From Balanoglossus misakiensis (taxonomy: Eukaryota > Animalia > Hemichordata), in assembly GCA_040954595.2 (NCBI GenBank), contig CM082596.2, forward strand, positions 11,449,992-11,513,991: DNA of 64,000 nt. The letters run 5' to 3'. The notes beneath the pieces are model-generated. The model searched no databases and had not been told where the DNA came from. It worked only from the letters and a program-made list of their open reading frames with translations. Below are positions 1-13,170 of this stretch, piece after piece. Each line of letters opens with the position of its first letter. Position 1 is the stretch's first letter. A program made the translations under genes and the position numbers.

Positions 1-2353
1 GTAAAACCTGTCATGTCATGAACAGTGCAGTTGTACGCATGTACCAACGGCTTCACATAATCCTTCCATCTAGCCTTCTGCTCGTTCTCGAGCGTACCCA
101 ACATATTAAGGAGAGTACGGTTGAATCTTTCAGTCTGAGCGTTTCCTTGGGGATGGTATGGCGTGGTACGTGACTTTTTGATGTCTAGTAACTGGCACAA
201 TTCCTGTATCACTCGCGACTCAAAATTCCGACCACGATCAGACAGGATTCGTTCCGGACATCCATATGGTAGCATGAAGTGTTCCCACAGGTTCTTGGCT
301 GTCGTTTTCGCGGTCTGGTTCGGTGTAGGTATGGCTACAGCAAACTTCGAGAAGTGATCAGTAATTACCAACAGGTCTTTGGTCCCTCCTTTACTCTCTT
401 CAAGGCTCAAGAAATCCATGCATAGAAGTTCGAGGGGCTGTGAAGTTTCAATACTCACCATCGGAGCACGTGTCTTTAATCCCGCCTCGTCCTTCCTTCG
501 AGTACATCTCCTGCATGTACGAATGTATTTCTTCATATCAGCTGACATAAGAGGCCAATAAAACCTAGCCCTCAATAAATCAATCGCTCGATCCTGTCCC
601 AGGTGTCCACAGTCGTCGTGCACCCCTTTCATTGCCTCCTGGCGAAACTCGTGTGGTAGCACCAATTGGTAGTAGACCTCTCCACTAGATGATGTCCTCG
701 CTCCATACAAAACATCATCACGGAAACAGAACTTACTCCAATCTCTCAGTGCCATTCTGACTTCTCGCGGTTCATGTGCTCGCTGTGTCCTTGTCAGTTT
801 ACCTTTACCCCCAGTCTTCGCGTGAACCAAGGCTCGTATGCGCCGTACGGTCACATCCCTGTCCTGTAACTTCGCCCATTGGTCCATCGCAATCGTAGGT
901 AATGTTGCTTCTCCTGGCATCCCCGGCGGTTCATCCATGTCCTTTGGTATCGCTCGTGCTGAGGCAGCTAAGGCTTCAATCCATGGTGTATCTTCATCTC
1001 CATCAGACAAACATGGCTCCCCCACTGCCTGCACCTCATCAGGAGTCATCGCTACAGTTTCCTGGAAACGTCTCTCAGACTCATCAAATCCTTGAGCCCT
1101 GCCATCGGGTCGTCGCGAGAGCCCGTCCGCATCACCATTCCTTAGGCCGGGTCGGTAGTGAATCTTCAATTTATACTGAGATAAAGCATTCCACCACCTC
1201 TGTCCTGTCGCATCAAGTTTCGCTGTACTCGCTACGTATGTCAGTGGATTATTGTCAGTCAATACCGTGACATCATTGCCAAAGCAGTAGTCACGAAACT
1301 TTTCCGTAACAGACCATTTCAAAGCCAGAAATTCCAGCTTGTGGGCCGGGTAGTTCTTCTCACTGGCAGTGAGGCTCCGGCTGGCATACGCAACTGGTCG
1401 CAGTCTTTCTCGTCCATCTGCCTCTTCGATTGACTGGTATAAGGCAGCTCCTAGTCCTGTCAAGCTCGCGTCTGTGTGAAGCTCAAACGGTCGCGTATAG
1501 TCGGCGTAGGCCAAAACCGGAGCTGAAGTCAGCTTGTCAATGATCAGCTCGAAGGCTTCCTGGCACGCATCTGTCCACTCGTATGGGGGTGGTCGTTTCC
1601 TTTCTCCCCCATTTTTCCTCTTCGTTGGGTAACCTACAGTCAAAGCGTGCAATGGTCGGGCAATCGATGAGTATCCCTGTACGAATCTACGGTAATACCC
1701 CGTAAATCCTAAGAATGTCCTCAGCTCTTTCACGTTGGTGGGTACTGGCCATGTCCTCAATGCCTCCGTCTTGTCGGGGTCGGTCTCAACTCCATTTGAC
1801 GACACTACATGTCCCAAGTACTTTATCTTTTCGCGAAAAAGCTGACACTTGGTATGTTTTATCTTCAAATCACATTCTCGTAGTCGCTTGAGAACCTTGT
1901 CAACTCGGTCCACATGTTCCTCGAATGTTTCAGAAAAGATAATCACATCATCCATGTAGACCATGCAAATCCTCATGTTGTAATCTCCTATACATTGTTC
2001 CACGACGCGTTGACATGTAGCTCCGGCGTTCATGAGTCCGAAGGGCATTACAACAAATTCGTAGAAACCGAATGGGGTGGCAAACGCTGTCTTTGGGATG
2101 TCCTTCTCCGACATAGCTATTTGCCAAAATCCATTTTTTAAGTCGATCGATGTAAACCATTTCGCGCCACTCAAAACATCCAGTCCCTCCTCAATACGAG
2201 GTAGAGCATACGCGTCAGGAGTCGTCTGCGCATTCAGACGTCTATAATCTACACATATACGAGTGGTTCCGTCTTTCTTTGCCACAAGGACGAGAGGAGA
2301 AGACCAAGGACTTTTTGATGGTCGTATCACCCCATTGTCCAACATTCCTCCTA
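1..2353 (-). CDS. pol: Gypsy pol: reverse transcriptase, RNase H, integrase (open to the window edge)
   Basis: Manual translation gives SPWSSPLVLV, CVDYRRLN, MPFGL, VYMDDVII, KYLGH, HTDAS, AYASRSL, TDNNPL, HDDCGH..CRRC, MDF, SDRGRNF and GNAQTERFNRTL. No stop-terminated ORF is listed for this frame, consistent with it running open off the window. Confidence 0.93.
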
Positions 2354-5173
2354 CAGTCCCAACACCGTACAACAACTAAACTGTACGGGAAAGTTCCCGC
2401 ACTAGTTGTAGCAGTGTTGTAGCAGAGATGTTACGGCAACACCTCTTTTGTTGGTTAATTGATGTTTTTTGTCTTAGTTTACGGCAACTACAAAGGTTCC
2501 CGTAGTTTGAAACAAAAGAATGTGTGCTCCATTACGGCAATTTGGGGCAGGTGTTACGGCAAGAAGGGCTAATGGGGAGGTGATTATCACCCTGATGTGA
2601 ACAATAGTTGTAGCAATGTCTATGTGTGATAATGAGCTCCACCCACGTGGATTTTGCTTGGTTGGGGGCAATTAATGTCCCGGCCTCACTAAGCAAATAA
2701 ATTCCTTCTAAATCTCGATAGCGAGCAAGTCAGTTGTCAACCTTACTAATATTTCCCCTGTCTCAGTAGCTTTACATACGCTATGCAGGGCTAGCTGACG
2801 GGCTTCAAAGTTTTGTGTTGTGACCTATGCAGAACGCAAGCGGTTCTAAAAATAAACTTCCATAACAACATGTACACTTGGCGTAAGTTGGCAGGGTATT
2901 GACTAATATGTTGCAATTGTTTGTATCAATGTACATTTTGAGACAACTAGGGCAAGGCCAACAACCTGATCAGGATATTCAAATTAGGTAAAGACGCACT
3001 CAAAACAGCAATTATAATTACAGGACGTGTGCCATGCTGGTGACCAAATAGACGCAGACGGACCTCCCTGGCATTAGTGATACCCTGAGTAATAAAACAC
3101 CTGTTGTTTTGATTACCTTGTCAATGTGTGTAAATTTGGCAACAATGTGTTGCAAACCTGACACTATCAAGCAGAGACATGGCCCAGTGAAAGTCCAAAT
3201 AATTCAGAGTGAACCATGGTGCGATGTGTATTTTGAGTTTGTCTGTTTTTTGCACTAGAATTCTGCAGATTTGTGAATAAAGTTGCAGTTCCATTTTGTG
3301 CGCATGTGTTGAGTTTGGCAGGGGGCCGTAATTGAAATGACTGTCTTCTAAGTTTTGGTGTGGGAAACACCTCTGACACCACTATGCATATCAGAGTGCC
3401 TGAAACTTTTGGACCCATGTGCTTTTTATTTACATGATGAAATCGGCCACATGTTGACCTCGTAATTTATTCAAATTATTATTCACGTCAAAAGCCGTTA
3501 GACACGGCAGCAGGACGTCTAGCCGCTCATCTTTTTACCAGGTCGATCGATCGATACTACCGGCACTACCACACATGTTGACCTCGTAATTTATGCAAAG
3601 TATTATTCACATCAAAAGCCGTTTGACACAGGTGGAGGACGTCTAGGCCCGGTCTTGCCGGCCACTCATCTTTTACCACCATGATTTGACCATTTGGCAA
3701 GTGCTCTGAAATAATAGGACTAGTTTCACGTTGTGAATGTACGTTCGCAGTAATAAGTTTCTCATGAATATTCACGCACCCGAGAGCTTGACAAAGACGC
3801 ATTTGGACTAAACCACTATACCAGTGTATTTTGTTGAAAGTTCAGCTATCAATATTGTCATGCATGCCCGCTCGTAGTAATCACTTTGTTGTCAACTTTT
3901 TTATTTCAGGAATGTTGATTAAACAATACATTGAACTGGCTGGATTTGAACAGAAAATGTTAAAATTTTACATGTGAATTTGAAACTTACCATCAATTCA
4001 TTCACTGCGGCCACCCCCTCTCTGTCTGGATATAAAGGTCGCTCATTGAATGTATTTTATCAGGCGCGGACTTTGGGGGCAAGAGGTAGCCAGACAATGA
4101 TTGACAGGCAAATTGTATCCAAATTCTGCCAAGTGCAGGGGCTTGCTTAGACTAAACAAATTGCGTGAATATATAATGAGTAAACATGTAGGTCATTCAT
4201 CCCAAACCGGCCAACTAATTGCTGCCAGTCACTTCCCATCATGTTCAAGCACTGCCCGTCGGAAAATGTGTGTATATCCATTGCCGTAATAATAGAATAT
4301 TGAAATAATACAGACCATTACTACTTATGAAACCCTTCAAATTTATAGTCAAGACTTTCAAAACTTGTCTGTTCTAAAGATCAAACTGCAGCGGATCGTG
4401 GTACTGCAGGCCAACATTATTTTGTAAACAAGCCTACTATTTATTATCAGGGTCTTCATGTAAGGGGGGGGGGCAGCAGGTGAAAAAAAAATGAAAGCCA
4501 ATGTCTTTTAAGCTAAACCCAATTGTGAAATGCGTCATTGTGTTTGATTTTCCATTGGTCATGCTGTATCTCTCAAATATTAATTGGTCCAGCTCCTTGA
4601 AAGAAAAGAAACCCCAGCAAAACATGTGCATTCTACAACACTGGGGTAGGGATGTGTTGACCTCTGTTCATGTCTACAGACTGTTCTGTTACCAAGAGAG
4701 TTCAGACTTTGTCGATGAACATAACATCATTCCAAAACTGACTTCATTGGTATTTGATGTCAGCCCTTTGCCATTTTATTTTTAGACAGAGCTTCTTTTG
4801 TAAACTTTGTGATACAATGTTGCAGTGACCTGTTGCAAAAATGTTGCACTCTAGTTCTAGACCTGTCAATCACTCTAGTTGTAGCAAAATAATCAACACC
4901 TTGAACAAAAGGCATCACTCTGTGGGGGCTAATTGACAGGTGTTGCAGCAGTATTTACCGGTAGAGGTGTTAAGCTTCCCTTGTTAATGGCTTGCCGTAA
5001 AGGAGTTGCCGTAGTTTTTACGGAAATGTAACAAAAGGAAATGGGCCTTAGACAATTGTTGCAGCAAACTCTGCTACAACTAACAATAGTTCCCGTAGGG
5101 GTTCCCGTAGGGTTGACGTACTACTTGCCGTATTCAGAAATGTACAAATAGTTGTTCTGTTCTGTTGGGACTG
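2354..5173. mobile_element. Non-autonomous TIR DNA transposon (2820 bp, TA target duplication)
   Basis: ta|CAGTCCCAACA...TGTTGGGACTG|ta, with imperfect ~25-bp TIRs and subterminal motifs (gttgtagca, ttacggca, gttcccgtag) at both ends. Removing it restores the pol frame. No transposase ORF. Confidence 0.9.
3445..3678. repeat. Imperfect ~100-120 bp direct repeat inside the DNA transposon
   Basis: cacatgttgacctcgtaatttat..attattcac.tcaaaagccgtt.gacac..ggacgtctag..ctcatctttt occurs twice. Confidence 0.8.
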
Positions 5174-7870
5174 TATCTGCACTCGGATCTCGTCATATAA
5201 AGCTGGAGGAATCCGACGATACGGTTGTTTGACTGGACGTTCATCTTTCAAGTTGATCTCATGTTTGTGGATCGTACATCTTCCTAGGTCGCCGTCACTG
5301 GTCGAAAATGATCCAATGTTACGTTCCAGAACATCCTGTATCTTTATCATCTGATCCTGGTCAACCGGTGAACCGGTCACATCAAAGGACAATCCTCCAA
5401 CCGTCACCTCTCTCGCTTCCAAAGGTTCGTCGTAAATTCCATTATCCTTGGTGTCCCTTCGCGGCTGCACTTCTATTCCTCGTACCGCCTTCACTGTAGC
5501 AACAACCTGTCTCGGCTTGATGACGATGGGTTTGTCAGTTTCATTTTTTATTACCACAGGCACGGCTGACGAGCGTTTCCCACACTCAGCGATCGTCACC
5601 ATAGGGTTCAGAGTCCATCCTTTGTGTTCATTCCAGTCACAGTCATCACCTAACAGCACTTCATGTTTCTCTCCTTTGGGACCAGCCTTCATGCTCCCTC
5701 GAATGGTATGTGCAGTACGTGGCTCCAGTGTCACCCGTTCGCTTACTGCCGCTCGCACTACTCCCATGTTTCCGTATGGTCCATAGAACTGTTCACGAGC
5801 GCGTAGGGTTGCAATAGCCCTTCTCGCTACTGGCTTCATCCTGCTCATTGTCCTACCACCATCGTTCAACATCTCCATCGTCATGTAACGATTCAACCAG
5901 TTGGTTCCCGCCAACACCGGCACTCGATCATTGTACTCAGTTCCTTTCACTACCAGTGCCAATAGACTGAAAGTGGTATCATCATTGAAGACGTGACTAG
6001 GGAAGCTAACCTCAACCTCTATCACACCAACGTACTGTACAACATCATCAGTCACACCTGCGATCTCGAGAACTTCATCCAACGGAGTGAATGGCACATC
6101 GGACAAGTATCGACGATAGTAGTCTTCACTGATCATGGTAACTTGTGATCCTGTGTCCACTTGAGCCAAACATTTCCTTCCATTCACAAAGGCGTACTGC
6201 TCATTCAATGGACCAACAATCCGTCCATCAATGGATCTTGGCTTACCTTTTCTCTTTGGGTTCTTTTCACATCGTCGTCTTCCCGTCATGCTCTTGGCTT
6301 TCACAGATGCGCGTTTTCTTTTTGGGCAACTTGCAGAGGTGTGTCCTTCTTCTTTACATCTACCACATGGCTGCTTGCACTCACGTGACATGTGACCTTC
6401 CCCATTGCAGTTGTAGCAAGTGAACGGCTTTTCTCCACTCTTGTTTCCACTTCGTTCGTCACTTTGATTTGGGGTTCCTCGTCTTGAGTCTGGTTCCTGT
6501 GAAATCCGTGCGGCAACATCACGTGGTCGAGACACGCCGTTTGATGAGACCATCATTGTTGCACGAGCATTCCGGATCTCTTCCATTCCAGCGGCATGTT
6601 CCTTTCGTTGCTGTTCCATAGCCAACTTCACCTGTTCCTGTTGTAATTGCATCGCTTTCAACATCGCAGTCATTTTAACATACATTTCATCACTTTCGTG
6701 GTCACGTGGTTTCTTTTTGTTTGAACACTCTTCATTGTCGGAATCCGACTCAGACACTTCCTGCTGTTGCTTCACCGCTCTATGTCCTCTTGTCTTCTTT
6801 CGCCTATCTTCCAACTTCTCTCCAGTTTTCCGTCCATGCGCTCCCTGTACTTCTTGTTCAGCAACACGAATGATCCGTAGCAACTCATCAAAATTCTTGG
6901 CATTTTCATACCGATGCCTGGCGATGTCCTTCACTCGCAGGTCTGTCAGTCCTTCCCACAGGGTAGTACGCAGAATCAAATCCATTTCGCTCTCGCGGAC
7001 ACCTCCGCGATCATATATACGTCTCAGGTTTATCTCGACGCGACATGCAAATGACGCTGCTGACTCACCTTCCTTCTGAAAATCATTGTACAACTGCCGC
7101 TTCAATGTAGCCGTAGACACAACTACACCATACACAGTTTCTAGTTTATTCAACATCTTTTCAATGGACGGGTCGATTCCCAAACCTAGTATGATCTCAC
7201 TCGCTTCACCACGTATGGATTTCCGAACGGCCTGTCGCAGTACGCGATCGCTATGAACGCCACTCTGTCTCATACTCTGTACCTCCCTCAACCAGGACTC
7301 ATATGACATACTATCCTTGCCTTTATGGTCGCCGGTAAAGTTCGGTACCCGTGGTGCTGTATAATTCACTTCGGCAAATGTTCGATGTGTCGGCTCGTAC
7401 TCATGACGTTCCTCGGTTTTGTTACTACTATGCTGTGGTGAAACCTCGGATTCGATTTCTCTATTGCGTCTGTGCTCACGCTCAAGAAGAGATTTTAGCT
7501 CGCTTTCCAATTCGACTAACCGTTCGCGCTCATCATCGAATTGTGCCGCGCTTTCTGTCAAACTATAATCTTTCAAAGATTGCGGGTGCACACCTGCCAG
7601 TTTCCTCAATCGGCCCCTAAGTGGAGAATATACGCCTCGGCCACCTCCCCGTTTAGGTATTGTCCCCTGGGATAATTTAGAAACGCTGCCTCCCCCAGTG
7701 GGTGTCATTGTCATTGATCCATGTTCAACAGACTTATCCCCTTTAATATCATCAGTAGTGTCATTTTCTTTATCCCTTGGGTCAGATTCAGGGCCCCCCT
7801 TCGCTGCCATACTCACCTCGCCATCTTCCTCTTTCTTCACCCTAACAACAGTTTCTTGTGCGTCCTCCAT
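5174..7870 (-). CDS. gag-pol: Gypsy gag-protease (PNMA-like capsid, two CCHC zinc knuckles, aspartic protease, start of RT)
   Basis: ORF 5048..7870 contains YESWLREVQ..IRGEA (PNMA-type CA), CYNCNGEGHMSREC, CGRCKEEGHTSASC, VDTGSQVT and PVKQPYRRIPP. The last ~42 aa are read-through into the inserted transposon. Confidence 0.92.
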
Positions 7871-8160
7871 GTTTCAAATTCGAGAGCAATCTGTCGATAA
7901 CTCGAGTCTACAATAACACTCACAAAAATTGAAAGCGTTTGGAAACTATGAATGGTCGGTGTTCCATAAATCAAAGGCAATGGCACATGTACTTAATTTC
8001 CTGCTCGATCAATAAGTGTATCACTCGTCCAACCCTGCTCGTCCTGTGTTTTCGACCGCAAAACCAAACCTCAATGGGCTGAATCAAAATGTCGTCCTTC
8101 CCTGTTGTCAATTTGTAAGAAACAGTAAAATGACAAAACTCTACTGGGAAAACTTTCCAA

Positions 8161-8180
8161 TCCAGCCCCACGTTGGGTCG
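8161..8180 (-). promoter_or_regulatory. Degenerate primer-binding site, tRNA-Lys(CTT) type
   Basis: Plus strand tccagccccacgttgggtcg versus tRNA-Lys 3' end TCGAGCCCCACGTTGGGCGCCA. It lies between the LTR and gag; the terminal TGG complement is not intact. Confidence 0.6.
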
Positions 8181-8189
8181 TAGGATTCG

Positions 8190-9459
8190 TGGTGATTGCG
8201 GTAGCTTTGGGAACACAGGCCGAGTGAAGGGTGTGTGGACAAAATGACACAAAGACACTTTAAATTCAACGAAAGAAATATAATTAATAGTAAATCTATC
8301 AACATCCGAAATGTAAAAGGAGCTCTATCAAAACCTGTTTCCTTAACAACTAACACCTTCCTGAAGAAAACTGGCGTGGCACAACCTGCCGCGAGTCCGG
8401 TCAAAGTTCAACAGTTATTAAACGAACGTGACGCACAATCGAGTTCTGGCGATGAGGGCGCTGTCCCGCACTCAACAGTCGCGTCGATCCGCTTCCAAAA
8501 TCCAACGGAGAGAATCCTCTAACAATCAATGCAAATATCTCAAAGTCCGCTCGTCGCAAACGCTCCAAGTGTATCCAGGCGTAAAGCGGAGCTTGATGAC
8601 GAAGCGCTGATCAGTTCCGTGATCGGCAAATCGATCGTAGGGTCGAGTGTTCCTGCTCGTATATGATTCGTTCAAAGTTTGTAGACGTTGGGGGTCAAAC
8701 AATGCGGCTCATTGCATTCCCCACACGCCGTGGTTCGAAGAACCTAGAAAGGCCGTAACTTTATCAAATCCAGTCCGATTTTACACGATTAGCGTTGATG
8801 GGGTCGTACTTACATCAGCTTTCGGTTCGTGAAGCATCGACGTTGAGAAACCTGCGCGAGTACCCGTAATCGTTGGATCTCGGCGATCGGTGTCTCAGTA
8901 ATCAGCGTGACAATAACAATGGTTCGTTCAGGTACAGCAGACCTGTCGTTCGAAATAGTCGATGAAATGCTTCTTACGTAGGGATCTCACGAAGACTAGC
9001 TCAAATAATGTTAGTTAACATCCGGCTCTCCTCGATTCCCATTCAAGATGCAATTTCGTCGTACGATTCTGCCGATGGTTCGGATTTTTGTGGAGATTCC
9101 ACTCTCGTCAATACAATCGGACAACGGCCATATTAAAAAGTTCCCTTTTTACTCACTAGTTCATCGCCGTATTACACCCGCCAAACCTTCGACTGAATAC
9201 ACGCGGTACTGCCTGGACGGAACAAATTCAACTTTCCAGTAGCAAATATTCGATCAATAACAATAAAAGAGCTTTCATACAGAAACATCATAACTCGAAA
9301 TCGAATACCTAACAAGAAATACAGTCAACACCTGCAGACTACTTCAATTGCGTAATCACAATAAACAGGTAAAGTCAGTAATCAAAAATGTATCAAATAT
9401 ACGATATATGCGGGGTCATTCCACTATGCTCTGAGGGGTGCAAATTCAATGGTATCACA
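8190..9459 (-). repeat. Probable 5' LTR (~1.27 kb) of the Gypsy element
   Basis: Begins TGTGAT on the minus strand at 9459 and ends near ATCACCA just upstream of the PBS-like site. The second LTR is outside the window, so the inner boundary is approximate. Confidence 0.55.
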
Positions 9460-12157
9460 TAGTTACTCTTCAATAGATATTTAGTGACTCGCTAACTGTT
9501 GCGATTCGTGTGTGTGTAATTTACGTACTTCAAGTTAAATATCGCAACTAGCCGTAATGTTTGACTAGGGGGAGCACCTATACTAATGCGAGAACCAGGG
9601 ATTGAAAGTTGCACCTGTATTTTGATCCCTTAGTTACCCTTATAAGTACATTTGTAGTCTAATAACCATAGCTCTATTGCAAACCATTCTTTCCGTAGTT
9701 TCTTGTTTCAAATATTGTAATCTGAATTTATTTTGATGTTTAACAGGTGTGATTATCTGTATTTGCGACCATTTTGAAAAAAATTGGTTGCCATGGAAAC
9801 TCTTCAACAGATATTTAGTGACCGGACGCGCAGTGTTTCCGGTTTATGTTCTGCACGTACATCCTTGATGAAGTTTGCTGGCTAGAGGGCTCCTAAACCT
9901 CCCTAATATTTGACGTCTTCACTCCTACAGGACTGCGCAGCTGGAAGTTAAAGTTCAGCATGTTCTGAAGCATGCACGCTGTGTCCAGGGGTTTCATGTG
10001 TAGAACAGCCAGCCTCTCATCACCAACATAATGCGGACTGGGATATTTTGCCAACAATGGAAGTATAGACTGTACGCCTTGTCCTGCCCCGGGTATAAGT
10101 GCCAATATGATGGTATGTCGGAGCCAGAGGTGTGTGAAGATGGATACTACACTAATATAGATGATGAGTCAGCACTTAAAGTTTGGGCATTACTGAGTAA
10201 TCTTTCACTTAAGGCGGACGATCATCTTATGTGCATGTACGTAATTCTGTGCGTACAAACATTACGTCCAGTCCAAATATTCTGCCAATTTTACATCCAA
10301 TGCATTCAAATAGTGGACTGCTTCGCTTTCATCCAGTTTTCATGTGCATCGTATAAGTAGACTATTGTTTTGTCCCGTCTTTTCACCAAATTTGCTCTTT
10401 TCCAAATCTCCGACACAGACTATGATCGTCAAGATCTTGTCTGTTGTTAGAACAGCACACTGCCGTATGGCATTGACTGTATACAGTTTCTGTTACCAAT
10501 ATCTCTGGTTTGGCATTTTCCTGTCCTCGAAATCAATCCAGAGATTTTTGTCTCCCCAACCCACGTGAGAATCCCACGTCTTTGAAGGTATGACTGTGAC
10601 TATAAGATTCTATAAATCTCTGTTTATTTTCAGCACAAATATCATGTGCTGATTGCCCAGCTGGTAACCAATGTCCAAATGGTAACACTGTGATTTTATG
10701 CTCGGCTGGTTATTACAGTTCGGCTTTGGACAAAGGATGTCTCGCTGTACCTCTTGCATAACAGGTAAACTTCTACCCACCCACCTTTATTTCCAACATC
10801 AAACATTAGGTCAGGTAATTTACTAACTGAAAAATAGGATGGGAACATTTTCTATTTCTGTATTTAAAATTTACTGATATAATATATGAATAAAAAAATG
10901 ACAATTTTTCCAAATTTGAATAGACCTCTATTTATGAAAATAATTAAAATTTGCACCAAATTTTTACAGTGGTATTCAAAGGTTAACTTGGTGTGTAAAT
11001 TCTCTGTTTGATTTACAGATCAGCTGGTGCTGAACATTGTACTATTTGTGAGCAAGGGTACGCCTGCACAGATCAGTGTACATCGCAATTCAAGTGTACC
11101 AAGGGTTACGTGTCATTGGCTGGTGCAACAAACTGTACCATATGTACAAATGGTAAGATTGTGGTACTTGTTCAGTTTGCTGTGTGATGAAACTGAGGGG
11201 TATGTGTGTATGCATGTATGTGTTTACAACAGATTTTTAAGTCAGTGCGACTGGGGGTATGTGTGTGTGTGTGTATGTATGTATGTGTTTACAACAGATT
11301 ATCAACTCAGTGCGAGATCTTGCGAGACCCGGTTAGCCATGTGAGATCTCGCAGAGTCTTATGATATTCAGAAAATGGTTGATTAGAAATGACGTTTAAT
11401 GTCCTCCAAAGAATTTTCTACATGCCTGTATACTTGTCTCAGAATTATGAAGTGAATCATCTCAAGTAATTTGTTATTTTAAATGACACTGTATCACAAA
11501 TACTTCACTTAAAACCTCATTTTCTTTGATCAGATGAAATAAGTGAGGAGCCTGCACGCACATCCCATCTTCTGTGCCCTGCTGGACAATCGTGTTCAGA
11601 TCCAATGTAAGATCCGCTTGACTGTGGCAATGGTGAATATGCTATGGAAGGCGACGGCACATGCACGCCTTGTCCAGCAGGATCCAAGTGTCCAACCATG
11701 TCACCCGTAGTGGATTGTTCAACAGTTACTGGTAAGTTGGGCTGCAAATCACTCTTGTGACTTCCCTGTGTTATAGCATGACATACACAGAAAATTAAAC
11801 TGTTATGCTCATTGGAGTTGATATTGTGATGCACTTTGAAAAACACAATGATTCCACTGAAGAGGTATTGTACAGTAACACCTGTGATTACGGACATCTC
11901 TCTAATAAGGGATCGTTGGACCAAACCAATCGTTCTTTGAATTTTTTCTGTGATAGGTTCATACTCGCTAGGTTCGGCCACGTCCTTCTGGTTATGAATG
12001 CACAACTACAAGTGTCACACAGTGCGCTACAGGGCAGTAAAGTGTTGAAGGAGGTAAGTCTTGAAATCTCTTTTCTTCTGGTCTCGATTTGAACATGGTT
12101 CCACAAGTTGTTTACATCACTTGTAGTTTTACATATTTTTTGAGTTCAACAGCTATG

Positions 12158-13170
12158 CTATACATGGTGTCCTGAGAAGTCGACCAGTATGAGAAGTCGG
12201 TATCGGCCAGTACGAGAAGTCGGCCTGTGGGAGAGAACCCTGGTACTTTGTGTTATATATAACCGTTTCACTACGAAATGTTTCCTTGATGTACAGGAGC
12301 TGAGATATTTGTACAAATAGCCGATGAATTTTAAAACTGTCTGTTCACTTTGCATGTACGTCACCGGGGTACGTCAACATCAGTCACCTGCACTTCTTGC
12401 GCTGCGCCAGTAGTCAGTTCCTCGTCACGTTTGTTTGTTTGGTGTTGTCTCAAAGTATGCATATACACATACATCTTCTATGTATTTTAGTAGGCTTTGA
12501 AACAACTCCCTGTAAAGGGACAAAGTCTCTCTCTCGCTGCCCTTTTTCCATTAATAATATTTGATACAAGACACCATTTATTTATTCTAAATGTGGATAT
12601 ATAGTGAATCAACGTTCAACCACACACACCTTCAATCCAACTTGTAGACACGAGAGTGAAAAACTTGCCAAAATGAATAATCGTTGTTTACCATTTATTC
12701 ATTTTGGCGGGATTTTTACACTCATATCCTACAAACGGGATGGAATTTGTCTGTAGTTGAATGTGGATTCTCAATATATCCACATGTAGAATAATGTGAA
12801 CGGTGTCTTGTATCAAACATAATTAATGGAAAAAGGTTCGCGCGAGAGAGACTTTGTCCCTTTAATCAGAAATGTCACAGGAATTTGGCGAACAACCTAA
12901 GCTCCTTACGCGGATACGGGGCTGGGGAACCGGTACGGATGCCAGACGCCATTATTTGAAATGACGCCATTGTGTTGTCAAGAATTTGGGAAATCCGTCC
13001 AAATGAAAATATTTAGTGCAATTATATTTTATTAAGTGTTGTTATAAGTAATCTGGGTCATCACTGCACTATTCGGGTTCAACAACTGGCCGACTTCTCG
13101 TACTGGCCGACTTCTCATACGCGCGTACTGGCCGACTTCTAATCTGGCTGACTTCTCATGTATTCCTATA
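12158..13170. mobile_element. Non-autonomous DNA transposon/MITE with inverted subterminal repeats (second copy ~30947-31610)
   Basis: gagaagtcggccagta-like units at the left end and tactggccgacttctc units at the right end. Confidence 0.7.
12516..12861. mobile_element. Palindromic MITE, Kolobok-like (AGG...CCT ends, TTAA-type target)
   Basis: gtaa|AGGGACAAAGTCTCTCTC...GAGAGAGACTTTGTCCCT|ttaa with long internal inverted arms. Absent from copy 2 (actccctttaatcaga at ~31307). Confidence 0.8.

Larger units (their letters stand above)
1..9459 (-). mobile_element. Ty3/Gypsy LTR retrotransposon (5' LTR, PBS, gag-pro-RT-RNaseH-IN); 3' end runs off the window; interrupted at 2354-5173
   Basis: Domain order is gag-PR-RT-RH-IN on the minus strand. 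The element starts TGTGATACC at 9459, exactly where homology with the copy at 28236 begins. Confidence 0.93.

Noticed and set aside
2354-5173. Possibility that the DNA transposon is spliced out of pol as an introner
   Set aside because: The terminal GT (CA|GTCCC) is a poor donor, the AG has no pyrimidine tract, and that splice would shift the frame.
8161-8180. tRNA gene
   Set aside because: Only the 3' ~18 nt of tRNA-Lys match, so it is a PBS rather than a gene.
11517-12005. 162-aa minus-strand ORF and its copy at 30304-30702
   Set aside because: It is antisense to a Cys-rich pseudo-exon, has no recognisable domain, and its length is not conserved between the copies.
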